NCBI GenBank assembly: GCA_027923505.1
Contig: BROI01000006.1
Location: 310,001-374,000, forward strand
From: Mayamaea pseudoterrestris
Taxonomy: Eukaryota
Direction: 5' to 3'
Length of the DNA: 64,000 nt
The notes under the pieces were generated by a model, which saw only the letters and a program-made list of their open reading frames with translations, had not been told where the DNA came from and made no database searches. Shown piece by piece: positions 48,179 through 59,443 of this stretch. A program made the translations under genes and the position numbers. Position 1 is the stretch's first letter. Each line of letters opens with the position of its first letter.

Positions 48179-49255
48179 TTAAGCTCTCATATGCTTTGAA
48201 TGGCTGCTGTCGCATCCGTTACTGTCCAGGACTATCGACTTGACTGCAGAAGCCAGTGCTCTGCTTACAGGATGCATTGGAAGACCCATCACCTGAGAAA
48301 AACAAACCCGCAAGATTGGATCAGATTTCATAAAGACACAACACTTGCTATACTGCACCATACAGGTTAAACTTACAGTAAAAAAGTCGCCTTCGATGCG
48401 ACTGACCAATTGACCACCAACTCCTTGAATTCCGTACGAACCAGCTTTGTCCATAGGTTCTCTTGTATCAATGTACGCATTAATGTCATCGTCGCTCAAT
48501 TCAGCAAAAATCACTTCAGCTGTATCAACAAAGGAAGCCTGCAGTGTTGCTTCTCTTTCAAGCGACGACTCATCCGATGCTTGCACTTTGAACAAAGCGA
48601 CGCTAGTATGCACCTTGTGCTGTCGGCCCGACAAAGAGCGTAGCATACACCTTGCAGCGGCAATGTCCTTCGGTTTCTCCAAAATATGGTTATCAAGTTC
48701 GACAATAGTGTCACTGCCCAAAACAAGGATCGTCTGACCATCGCATCGCCCATCGTCATTACTGTTGCTCGTTAGCTTACTGTTAGTCTCGGATATGAGC
48801 TTTTCTGCCAATGCGCGCGCCTTTTCCTCGGCCAATATTCGCGTATACTGAATCGGCGAAAGTTGACTGTTGTCTGCTATAAGTGATTGCTGCAGAGCCG
48901 TCTCGTCTAGAGGCGAAGGTATGGCTTCAAACCGACCTTGCAAGCCCATCATGTCGAGAATCTCTCGCCTTCGAGGACTCTGACTAGCGAGTATCAGGCG
49001 AACATTACCTAAGTTTTCAGTTTCGTGCAATTTATCGACATGTCGAAAGTATTTTTGAAGAGAAATGATTAATGATGCATCCGGTAGGTTGGGCGTAGCA
49101 GCATGTTCGGCATCAGCTGAGGCTGATCTCAATGCTGGTAATGACATTAGAATAGTTGTGGGTCGAAAGCGGTGTAATGTTGGTTTCACAAACGACTTGG
49201 CTACTGTTAATTGCCCCATCAATAGTATTGAGCGCACAGCGACGTGAAGCAGCAT
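48179..49255 (-). CDS. Maf-family nucleoside-triphosphate pyrophosphatase with N-terminal presequence; intron 48293-48376
   Basis: LILASQSPRRREIL, GSDTIV, ILEKP, LSGRQH.V, EPMDKAGSYGIQG and GDFFT/VMGLP. Confidence 0.92.
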   Translation of the reverse strand: MLLHVAVRSILLMGQLTVAKSFVKPTLHRFRPTTILMSLPALRSASADAEHAATPNLPDASLIISLQKYFRHVDKLHETENLGNVRLILASQSPRRREILDMMGLQGRFEAIPSPLDETALQQSLIADNSQLSPIQYTRILAEEKARALAEKLISETNSKLTSNSNDDGRCDGQTILVLGSDTIVELDNHILEKPKDIAAARCMLRSLSGRQHKVHTSVALFKVQASDESSLEREATLQASFVDTAEVIFAELSDDDINAYIDTREPMDKAGSYGIQGVGGQLVSRIEGDFFTVSLTCMVQYSKCCVFMKSDPILRVCFSQVMGLPMHPVSRALASAVKSIVLDSNGCDSSHSKHMRA

Positions 49256-49658
49256 GATCCCACATCTATCGTCGAGAGGCCAAGAAAAGTGTTGCTCGTC
49301 GAAATCTTCGAGTCGTTCTGGTAATCAGCTTAGCTACCGCTGCCTTACAGGCTTCGTAATGCTGTCAACAAACATAATAGAAAACATGAAGTGTTAACAT
49401 ATCTCTGCCAAATATGGAGTGCGCTTTTCCGAGGTGTTAGCTTTACTCAAGAGCAATGTGGGTATATATGGAATGATGCCATACCGGCTCCGATTTGACG
49501 CATTTGGAGTCTTTTTAACGTCCAGTCTAATGTCACTCTCTCTGTCAAAGCGTATCTTGCTGGAGCTTAAAACAGTGCAAGCAAATTGTTGTCTTTTTTG
49601 AGCTGCAATTCCAGGACTCAGCTTCTCATCGGCATCCGCTTATTGCGCACCTATCATA

Positions 49659-51770
49659 TTACTCCTGCTCAAATGGACGGCCGTGATGCGAGATATGAAA
49701 ATTACGGCGCATTAAATCTGATCGTTGTGGAAGAAATCCTTCTTGACGGATATTACGCGTCCATGCCGCAGGGAATGGCCAATCAGGAAAAACGTCATCT
49801 CGGCATCGCCTACTTTCCTCTATGGTCCAGCCGTCATAGTAGACAGGACCGTTGACGATTGCCCGGATCAGCGGCCGGCTCATCAAACCTTGCTCACAAC
49901 ACTCAACAACATAAATGCGAATGAACTCTCCTCGCCTCCGATCATGTTGCTCTTGCGACATGACCACAAGGCCAGTTTGTATGAGCCGCGCGTAATGGAG
50001 ACAGTCCACCGCGTGATGCGATTCTTTCAGCTGTTCAAACATTTCAGTGGCTAGTTCGAGTGCGCGAAAATGTTTAGCGCACTTCCGAGTTGCGCTTAAA
50101 AACATCGAATACCAGTCAACTGAGGATAGCACGTTCCTTTGATCTCCCTTGTCTTGCTGTGCGACATATCGCATGAGCGTTGCAGCAGCCTCGAGCCCTT
50201 GATGACTGCCATTATTGGCGACGGCAAGCCATGCCTTGATAACAGCCGCATATGACTCCGTATTTGGCGATAAATTTATGAATCCTCCGTACTCTCCCAG
50301 ACGCGTCAATTCTGTTAAACATTTTTCTGCTTCAGTAGGTTCGCCGAGCGCGGCCCACACTTGCATTACAAGATTATACGAGTGTGTAGTTGGCTGCAAG
50401 GCGTCATAGCCTTCAAACTCATAATCACCCCATTGCTTCTGCAACCACCAAGTTACGCGGCTGCCCCGACCTGGTTTGTCAGAATTCTTCCAAGCCCGCA
50501 TTACCATTTGAAAGCTACTGCTATCGGGCGAAGCAATTATTTCGCCTTGGTCTCGTGCGCGAATCATGAATTGTAATACCTTTTCCGCCTCAAATGGAGC
50601 CTCCGGATGCATGGGCGACGAGATATTCGCCCAGGCTGAGATAAGAACATTGTAAATGTGCGTACTTGGCTCAAGTTTGGTAACTTTGTTGACTCGCATG
50701 TAAGCAATTATTTCTTTCAGTAGTTTGATATCGTCCATGCCATTCTGCGCTGGATCGTTCCAAAGATGCTTCTTGTGAATGTTCTGCTGGACCGTCTGTC
50801 TAGCGCGTACCGCGATCGCGTCCATGACCATGGTGTAGGACTTTAGATCAGGTTTGACCCTCTCATCCATCGTCTCTTGGTATTGTTCCAACAAGCGCAA
50901 AACTTCCATGGATTTGTCGGCAATAGAAGGATCGAATCGCATGCGAGTAAATGCCCGAATCACATAGTTGAAAGAATCCGTATTGGGCGACTTACGAGAT
51001 TGGTCGACTCCACGACGCTTCGCATCAGCAATCATTTCCAATAAAGTGTGTTCGGCTTTCAGTGCATGCTGTCGAACAAGCCACCTGCCTTTGGTTCCAT
51101 CTTTGAGTGCTCGTCCTTTGGAACAGAGATCCAAAAAAGCATTGTAGCAGGCAGTATCCGGTTGCGTCAGAGAACTTTCCTCGTTATAGTTTTGCAGCCA
51201 TCTTTCCGCCCGAGTCAAGGCAATGGCAGGATCTTCCGTGAGAGCAGCGGCCCAAGCTTCAATCACGCGTTGGTAACATTCCGATGACACAGTTAGCCTG
51301 CCTTGGTCGTCGTCATTGCCATGCAGGCGTCGATGTTCCATTAGGCGTAACAGCCATCGCTCGGCACGCAAGGCTGCATCGGGCAAGTCAGATACCGCCA
51401 AAGCTCGAAGCACAATCAGAAAGGCTTCAGTATCTAGTTCAATAGTCTTAGTCTTTAGCAAGCTCTTGAGCCAAGCTTCCTTGTCTAGAGCATCTTGTTT
51501 GTACATGAAATTGGGATGATGCCATTCTTTCGGCAGATGAAGTCCTCGTGGCAAGAAGGAGGAAGCGCTGCTGCTAAGACGACAGCTTGAGTACTTGCGC
51601 TTCAGGAAAGATAACATTTGTTGTTCGTGTTGCTGAAATATGGGCTTGTTTATAGCGAAATATGAGAGTCCAACTCGAAGAGCGACAAGGCCGTAGTTGC
51701 AGATCGCGACGCCATGCCGATCGGCCACCATCAGCCGGCGCACGAAAGCACTGCAGATTGCAACATTCAT
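49659..51770 (-). CDS. Pentatricopeptide-repeat-like protein, organellar
   Basis: Repeated P(D/N)xxxYNxxIxAW...AE..L helical units. Confidence 0.8.
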   Translation of the reverse strand: MNVAICSAFVRRLMVADRHGVAICNYGLVALRVGLSYFAINKPIFQQHEQQMLSFLKRKYSSCRLSSSASSFLPRGLHLPKEWHHPNFMYKQDALDKEAWLKSLLKTKTIELDTEAFLIVLRALAVSDLPDAALRAERWLLRLMEHRRLHGNDDDQGRLTVSSECYQRVIEAWAAALTEDPAIALTRAERWLQNYNEESSLTQPDTACYNAFLDLCSKGRALKDGTKGRWLVRQHALKAEHTLLEMIADAKRRGVDQSRKSPNTDSFNYVIRAFTRMRFDPSIADKSMEVLRLLEQYQETMDERVKPDLKSYTMVMDAIAVRARQTVQQNIHKKHLWNDPAQNGMDDIKLLKEIIAYMRVNKVTKLEPSTHIYNVLISAWANISSPMHPEAPFEAEKVLQFMIRARDQGEIIASPDSSSFQMVMRAWKNSDKPGRGSRVTWWLQKQWGDYEFEGYDALQPTTHSYNLVMQVWAALGEPTEAEKCLTELTRLGEYGGFINLSPNTESYAAVIKAWLAVANNGSHQGLEAAATLMRYVAQQDKGDQRNVLSSVDWYSMFLSATRKCAKHFRALELATEMFEQLKESHHAVDCLHYARLIQTGLVVMSQEQHDRRRGEFIRIYVVECCEQGLMSRPLIRAIVNGPVYYDGWTIEESRRCRDDVFPDWPFPAAWTRNIRQEGFLPQRSDLMRRNFHISHHGRPFEQE

Positions 51771-52081
51771 GGCGCTAAGTCCATTATAAGTCTTGCCCTG
51801 CCAAAGTTGACATAACTGTTGTCATGATGCTGTGCGCAAGGGGAAGAAGTGAAAGAAAGACTCGCGTCGTCGGTTCAGGCAAGCAATTGTCGCACCGTGA
51901 ATGAGGTTTTCCATGTGTACGACGTCGACGTAGTTCACTGGTAGTCGTACGTTGCCTAAACGACAATGCCAAAAGAACATACCCAAACGATGAATAAACA
52001 TGGTAATGCTATTGGCTAATTCCAATTTAACGTGTCTGCTGTCTGTAACAAAAAAGCCCCACCGCTGCAGTAAGCGTCATT

Positions 52082-52993
52082 TTAATCCGTTCCCATGAAG
52101 GACGTAATTTCAGAGTAAAGCACCAACACAAGGGCAGCTCCAATGGTACGAAGAGCATTGGCACCAGCTCCCTTGAACAAGGCCGAAGTGCCTTCATCCT
52201 TCATAATCTTCTTGAAGCAGTCCGCAGTTCCGCTGTAATGCCATTCCGCCCTGGGCTTCTCCGACTGCATCTGCAAACGACGACGGACCGTGTCAAAGGG
52301 GTACGACGCGTAACCAGCGGCAATGGCTGAAATCTGGGCGCAGCCAAACTTGCTCGCGGCGCGGAACAAGTTATTCTCCGACTTTTGGTAGGGATTGTAT
52401 CCCGACAAGGTGTCAAAGAGACCAAAGTAGGCTCCACGGTATGGAATGATACCGACAATGGACACACCGATACCATTGTAGAGTCCTTTAACTCCGCTGC
52501 TCTTGACAGTCTTGGTCAAGCAGTCAATGAGACCGTTGAATTGCTGCTTGCCGGTACCGACGTCACTCGCAAGACGGGTACGAGCATAGTCGAGCGGGTA
52601 GACAATCATGAGGGAACCAGCTCCGGCAATACCCCCAGATGCCATGTTGATCATAAAGAACTTTCCAAACTCGGTATTCTTGTCAACCTTGGGGAACATG
52701 GCCTTGAGTGTATCCTTAAAGGCAAAGTTGAAGGCCTGCGTCGGAAAGTAACGAATGATATTGGTCATGTTTCCGCGCCAAAAGGCCTTGATTCCTTGTT
52801 CCGAAGAAACACGGGTAAAGCAGTCGACAATGCCAGTGTAACGCTTGACTTCTCCGCTGATAATTTTGGGATTGGCATCTTGGGTCTGAATGAGGAGCTT
52901 GACGCGCTCAATGGGCGCAGTCGTTGTCTTGGCAACGGCACCCGAGACACCGCCGGCCAAGAAATTGATGATAAAGTCAGTACTGTTGGACAT
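52082..52993 (-). CDS. Mitochondrial ADP/ATP carrier
   Basis: APIERVKLLIQTQ, FWRGN..NIIRYFPTQAFNFAFKD, YPLDYARTRL and YPFDTVRRRLQMQS (RRRMMM-type signature). Confidence 0.96.
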   Translation of the reverse strand: MSNSTDFIINFLAGGVSGAVAKTTTAPIERVKLLIQTQDANPKIISGEVKRYTGIVDCFTRVSSEQGIKAFWRGNMTNIIRYFPTQAFNFAFKDTLKAMFPKVDKNTEFGKFFMINMASGGIAGAGSLMIVYPLDYARTRLASDVGTGKQQFNGLIDCLTKTVKSSGVKGLYNGIGVSIVGIIPYRGAYFGLFDTLSGYNPYQKSENNLFRAASKFGCAQISAIAAGYASYPFDTVRRRLQMQSEKPRAEWHYSGTADCFKKIMKDEGTSALFKGAGANALRTIGAALVLVLYSEITSFMGTD

Positions 52994-53823
52994 CTTGGTA
53001 AAGGTGATCTGTTTTATAAGTATTGACAATTAAAGTGAGCGCGTGAGAATAGTTTATCGCAAAGAGTCATCGCTCGAGCAATTCAGCGATGAATCTCGCC
53101 CTGAACAACGCAGGGCAGGGTCCAAAGGCCATGCACGACAATAAAGCAAGCGAAAATGCTCCTTCGCTCATATTGTCAATAGAAGATGGATAGCCAAAAG
53201 ACTTCAACGTCGTTCAAGTGCCGATGAAATAGGAAGAACAAATGGACCGGCCTTGCTTGCCGCCGAATCCTTTCTTCGCCAATGCACCGGCCAAAAACAA
53301 AGCTCATTTGCCCATGCTAACACTCACAAGACACTCTCTGCTATAACAATAGTATCAAAGACCAAAGACTGCTGCAATGCTATAATGACTCGTCGAATTC
53401 CTTACCTGCTTACGTTTCCGGACGAGAAAGTGCTGTGACGAGCAATAACGAGGCGCACGGCCAAGGACGAACGAGGCGAAAGACCTTGGCGGTCGCTGGC
53501 CCGTCGAGTGGCCCTCGTTGCGCCAACGATGCGGCACTCACGTTCCTTCGTTCGTGACTCGGGGTTGCAACGGGTGGTGGTTGCGTCAACTATCAAGCTC
53601 ATATCCGAATGACGCGTCACCGTAACCGGTGGATAACCGACCGATCGACAGGCTCGCCGATTGTGTCCGTTGGAGAGGCTTCCTCGCGATCGAGATTTCA
53701 CAGGCGACGACGACCATGGCCGTCGCAACCATCTGCATCGTCTAAATTCCAAAAATACCCGCTACTTTACACAATACTGTCAATCTACATTCTCCATTTA
53801 ATACTACATATCACTAATCAACT

Positions 53824-56685
53824 ATGGCCGCCAAGCAAGGACTAACGGCTCATTTATCGCAAGCAAGCGAAGACGCCAAGCGCGCCGTCTTGTCACGAAC
53901 GACTCTCACCACAAGCACTTGGTTTTCCAACCTCAATACAGTCTGCACCATTAAATCAGCGCCTCCAAAGACTCCAGATGTTTTACAAATGCTCGCATCA
54001 AAATCGGGATGGCTGTACAAGCGCAACGAGCAGCATGTTTGGCAGGCGCGATGGTGCTGCGTGGTGCCACACACGTTTCTGTACTATTTTGATGCAACAC
54101 CCTTGACGGCGAATGGAAATACAGCGAACCATGGAAATGCAACGAGTAACAATAATCAAATTGGAGACGATGCAGCAGCAGTAGCAGCAACTGTCCATCC
54201 GCCGACGCCCGCCCAGCAGGAGGAGTGGAACCGCGCCGTTCAAAATGGGTACGGCAAGCATCGCAAGCAACCTGAGAAGCGGAGCAACTTTTACCTCTTT
54301 TCAGGAACTGGCGCGGGAAGCGATAAAGATTGCAAGGAGATGAGCGCTTGCGCCAATGAAAGCACGAATGACGCGACGACTGCGACACACCCCGAGCTCT
54401 CCAACGACCATGACGACGATCACCCACCAACGTCTTTATATCCCACTTCCATGCTCGCCGGTCCCGACGCTTCCAAATTCTCTTCTCTACAACCCGCTGG
54501 TATCATTGACCTGGAATGCTACTCGCGCGTCCAGCGCAGCAGCACCAATCCACTCGTGCTGGAACTAGGTGGAGACGATCAAGTGAATCCTGATTTACGA
54601 CAATTCTATTTTACCGCGGCACATGTCGATGACGCGGATGACTGGAGCGACGCCTTGCTGAATCAGCGACATTCGGCCCTCGTGGATGAGTGCGACGCCT
54701 ACAAGCAAGTGTGCGACGGCTTTGCCCAGCAATTGCAGCAGCTGCACATTGATTTGGATCATTCGACGCGCGCCACGGAGGAGTCGCAGGAGGAACTGTA
54801 TCGGGTGCGGAGTCAGTTGGAACTGGATCGACGTAACTGCTGGAACATGGTGGAGGAAGTTTTGGAAGCGACGGCTACCGCGACGGTTAATGGTAGTTGT
54901 GACGACTTTCGAACCAATTTGGATCGGGCGAGACGACAAGATCTCGGCGTAGCAACGGCTGTTCAGCTATTGCGAGACTATACTCAAAGTGTCATCAAAA
55001 GGAATATGGAGCTTGAGGAGCGCAACGCGCAACTCGAGGCGCAGCTGCAACAAACTGGCCAGTCTGATCAACAAAAGGTGTCAGTTGTACAGGAACAAAT
55101 GCTAGCGGCGCAGGCACAGCATGATATTGACAAGCAGTCGTGGGAATCGCAGCTGGATATCATGACAGCAAAGCATGGCCAGTTACAAAAAGAACTGCAG
55201 GATGTTCAAAAAGAGCTGAGTAGCACGCGCATGGAAATGACAATGTATCAGACGCAGCAAAAGAACAAAACGACGGAGCTGCTCGAGCACAAGAGAATTT
55301 TGAAAAAGGAAGTGATTGATTTGCGTACCAAGCTCGATGATGCGTTGGCGGAAGTCACGTCGCTCAAGCACGAACAAACGAGCGCGTCGAATGTCGCGCA
55401 GCAGGAGCGCGAAAAGAACAAGCTTCTTGAACGTTACGTTGAAAAGATTGAATCGCAAGTCAAGGTCCAGCATAGCATGATGGAAATCATGTCACATTCG
55501 GCAGCATGTAGCGTGTATGGGGGGGACCGGAGTGTCGATTTAAACGCGGGTGGTGGTAGTGTGCGGGGAAGTCTTCCTCCGCTTGACTTTAAGCGCAATA
55601 TTGGTTCTGTCCACGGTGGCAAGGAGCAGAGAGTAATCGATAGCGCAAAATCAAACCCCGTTATGAATGATGAGGATGAAGGCGACGATGAGGACGAAGA
55701 GGATGATGATGGCGACGGTGACGTCAATGAGATGATGATGCCAGTTATATCACCACGAGGACGAAGATTGTTTGCTGCCGTTGAAGACGACGCTAAAAGC
55801 CACATGTCGGAACTTACCGAAGACAGGACTCAACGGCACTTTGATAGTTTTCGGGAATCATTCTCTCCATATCAAGATGCTAGTCCCCGCCCTTATTTAA
55901 AACAACAACCAGTCAGCGCATCACCACATGTGCGGCCGCCGCCGTATGTGATTGGAGGTAGCCCCCCAACTGGCAGAGAGTCTCGGCGGCCAAATAATGA
56001 TCCTGCTCGAAATAATAGGTTGTCCACCAATAGCCTACCGCCATCTTCTGCATCGTCGCGAAGACTTCGAATTCCGAAGGCGGGAAATCATGATAATGAC
56101 GCCACGTCCGTTACGTCGGAACAGCGCCTGTCGGTTGCTCAGAAAGCCCGACTGGAAGCCGACGAGAGATCTACCACTGTGCCCGTAAGAGTAGACGAGG
56201 CCGCCGAAGCAAGTCTGAAAAAGAAGAAAAAGTTGTTTGGCTTTGTTGGTGGCGGCAGCAAAAGCAGCGACCAGTCTCAAAAGGACAATGCCTCAGTAGA
56301 ATCGGGACTTTGGAGGCACGTCGAAGAAGCCATTCTTGGTCCGCGGCCAGAAGACATGCTTTCGGATTCTGGTTCGGTCTCTGAGGAGCAATCAATTGAT
56401 TCACCTAGGTCGCCGCGAGAGCCACAGTCCGACTCCAAGCAGTCCAAAGCAATGTCCTGTAGAACAAACGATACGGATTCGCAGTCTTCAGCAGTAAGCT
56501 TTTTGAAGTCACTGGTAGTTTAGCACCCTGCCTATGTTTTCACATCGCTTACACTCTTATCATGTTCGTTGCCACAGAGGCTGTCGATTCAGGAACGGGC
56601 GCAGTTGCAACGGGCGCGGCAGAAGGAGTTTTTACGAAATCAAGGCTTGGAACCTAATCAGCCCCGTGCGGAGCGGGCTTCTTGA
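53824..56685 (+). CDS. Split PH-domain, coiled-coil protein; intron 56494-56577
   Basis: KSGWLYKRN..WQARWCCVVPHTFLYYF..PAGIIDLE..FYFTA..W..AL, then a long coiled coil and a low-complexity tail. The last exon reads RLSIQERAQLQR..TGA. Confidence 0.82.
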
Positions 56686-56972
56686 ATTGCGTAGCTGAAG
56701 CAATTTGCTTTCTTAATTCGTCTTTCTCTTCTCATGCGTTGTCGCATAATGGAACAAAAAATTTGAACATGATGAAGAAACGTAACTACGTAATGAGCGC
56801 TTGTCAAGGGTTGCGATCCGACGCATGTCAGCGGTCGTAGCGCAATGTGCATAAGTCATTATGGTCAATGAACGAAAGTACAAGAAGAAAGAGGTAGCAA
56901 TACTTGTACAGATATTTTTAATAGCTACTATATAATAGTGGCCGGTCCTCCAACGGCCATCCACCGTGGCCT

Positions 56973-59111
56973 TTAAATAACAAAATCTCCTCCAAGTCCA
57001 ATGCTCGGCTTGAGTCGCAAGCGATTGTTAATATTCTCGGGCGAGTAGCATAGGTCAAGCTTCAGAGGAAAGCCTTTGACATTCTTTCGCACCCCGAATC
57101 CAACGCTCGACTTCATAGTAAAAGGAGAAGAGTTCTCCTTGCATGCATACAGCCAGTCTCCAAAGAAAACGATGCTTGCGTCTTGTTGTATTGGCAAAGG
57201 TATTGGTACCGGAATTCGCAATTCCATTGTTCCTTGCACTGCCGAACTAACCTCATCATTGGTGGTTGAGCCTCGAATGCTGCTGGCTATCCCTTGCGCT
57301 TTTGCAACATGTCGAGGCAGGTGACGTGTAGATGCAATGACGGAATGCCGCAAGGCTAGCAGTAAGGGTCGAGCCTCGGAGCCAATGCCATTGACAAGCC
57401 TCGAATTCGTCAAGGGAAAGGTTTGTCGTGTTGTTGCAGTCGCTGAAAAGTATGGGAGAAAGGACTTTCCAGACAAAAGCGAGCGCGAGTACTCATTATC
57501 GCCTTCGAGGGGATTCACAAGCCGGGTGCCTGTAGTAATAGCAGTTTCAACATTCATTCTTGCATTCATCGGCAAATCTTTCACAAATGGTCCAACGCTA
57601 ATGGTGGTGCTGCCAATGTTTTCGTATCGACCAGCCTTCGTGACGGTTTGCTCCATGGATAAACTACTTGTACTTTTGCGAAATACCTTATCATGCAATC
57701 GAAACGTTGCCCCTTTGCGATTCAATGTCGGATCATAGTCAGTAGTACGCATAATGGTACCGTTGTTTTCCTGTCCGTCGCCAATGTATTCGCTAAACAA
57801 GTCGCAGTCGTAGCCACCGGCACGACCAAATCTAGCGTCGCTAAAGCTCAAGCGCGCCGACGGTTCCGCATCCTTGGTGCCGCGCTTTACACTCAAACCA
57901 AGTCGTTCTCCACCGCCCAATACATTGACATGTTCAAAGTCCAATGCACCCTCCCAAGAGCCTGAATACATGGATCGGCCGACACCGTACTCCAAATGTC
58001 GCGCTGGTGCTTCCGTCGCCAGAATTTGCAGCTGGATTGTTCCATCCGGCAACTGTGTTGGTGTCGCGTGCAACACTTTGGTAAAAATGCCACTTGCCAG
58101 TACTCGATTCCACCGACCAGCGTCCCACTGAAACGGTTGCTTCGGCACAAGCCCCAACGCCGAAGCGATGCGCAAGGGATTGGTACGTCCACTGGAAGGA
58201 ACAAGAGTCATGTTGAGCTGATCTTTGGATATGGAGTCGTTTCCAAAACCAAAGCTCTTTCGCTGCTCATGATGATTCTTGTACTGCCGCAGCGTCATGA
58301 CTGCTCCCGACTTGTTATCCACCACCATTTCCTTGCAAAACTGTATATGCACCGGACTCGGATGCGCGCACTGCGGCTCATTCACGGCAATCTCCGCCGT
58401 GGCCGTGTCCGTGTTCAGCGTAGCGCCCGTGACGCCGTGCAGCACAAAGCCGTTGCGGTGATACCAGGCTTTGAGTGCGTGCGCAAACTGCTGCACGCGA
58501 TCCGTCTGCAGTGGCTGGCCCAGCAAGCCGGAGCGCTTGGCGGCGATGCGGACCACTTCGCGCGGCAAGACTGTCTCATTGTTGGAGATTGTGACGCGTT
58601 GAATGGGAAGTGTTTGTAGTTGTTTCATGAGTGCAACCTGTTGCTTTTGTTGCTTGCTTTGAAAGATGGACTTGGCGGGGCTTGATATCATGCGAAATGG
58701 TTTGGTAATGGCGGATTGAATTGAGTGAACTGCTCGCGACCAATAGCTAGCTGTAGAAGCTAGCGTTGCCTGCGTTCCCTTGACGACGTTGTCGGCATTG
58801 TGCAAGGACGAGGACGACGATGCTCCTCCGCGGAATCGACGTGACGATCGTTCGTCGGTTGCAGTATCATCCGTGTCATTTCTTCTAGACGGCAGTAGCT
58901 TCAAATTCGATGGAAATGAATGCTCGTAACTACCAAAGTCAGCCTTGCGGTGAAACAGGTTGGTTGGAGGTGGCGGCTTGTTCCCATGATTATTACCGTT
59001 TCCTCCCGACGACCGGTGTGAATGCAGTCTTCGGCCTGACGGCGACTGCGGCGGCAGAAAAGCATCGGCAGTCCAAAGCAAGAGAGCAACTCCAGCTAGT
59101 TTTGCAATCAT
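56973..59111 (-). CDS. Omp85/BamA-family (OEP80/Toc75-like) beta-barrel protein, plastid-targeted
   Basis: Signal peptide then ADA-FLPP; POTRA-like L.AWY..NGF segment; barrel motifs FEHVNVLGGGERL, GTMELRIP, FFGD and SVGFGVR..PLKLD; C-terminal F. Confidence 0.72.
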   Translation of the reverse strand: MIAKLAGVALLLWTADAFLPPQSPSGRRLHSHRSSGGNGNNHGNKPPPPTNLFHRKADFGSYEHSFPSNLKLLPSRRNDTDDTATDERSSRRFRGGASSSSSLHNADNVVKGTQATLASTASYWSRAVHSIQSAITKPFRMISSPAKSIFQSKQQKQQVALMKQLQTLPIQRVTISNNETVLPREVVRIAAKRSGLLGQPLQTDRVQQFAHALKAWYHRNGFVLHGVTGATLNTDTATAEIAVNEPQCAHPSPVHIQFCKEMVVDNKSGAVMTLRQYKNHHEQRKSFGFGNDSISKDQLNMTLVPSSGRTNPLRIASALGLVPKQPFQWDAGRWNRVLASGIFTKVLHATPTQLPDGTIQLQILATEAPARHLEYGVGRSMYSGSWEGALDFEHVNVLGGGERLGLSVKRGTKDAEPSARLSFSDARFGRAGGYDCDLFSEYIGDGQENNGTIMRTTDYDPTLNRKGATFRLHDKVFRKSTSSLSMEQTVTKAGRYENIGSTTISVGPFVKDLPMNARMNVETAITTGTRLVNPLEGDNEYSRSLLSGKSFLPYFSATATTRQTFPLTNSRLVNGIGSEARPLLLALRHSVIASTRHLPRHVAKAQGIASSIRGSTTNDEVSSAVQGTMELRIPVPIPLPIQQDASIVFFGDWLYACKENSSPFTMKSSVGFGVRKNVKGFPLKLDLCYSPENINNRLRLKPSIGLGGDFVI

Positions 59112-59443
59112 TGCTGCAGTTGCTTGTTTGCTTTGATGCTATGAAACTGGAAGTCTGTAGAAGGGAGTGGCAGTGCAGTCAAGGACGATGGACGTCGGAA
59201 GATCTTCGTCGTTTGATCACGTGTCATTAATGTCGTGTTGAGGTCGCACCGGAAGTAAGAAGCGCCAGCCCGTCGCACGCGTCTTGGAAACGGATGCCAT
59301 TCACAATTTCAATCGTACGAACGCACCAATTTGACACAGCCCGTTTCCGGAGCGGCCAGTCACAAATCGGCAGGGGCACTTTCCGCGAGAACCCTTTCAT
59401 CTCACGCTTCATACACTGAGGCTTGAAAATTGGTACACGCATC

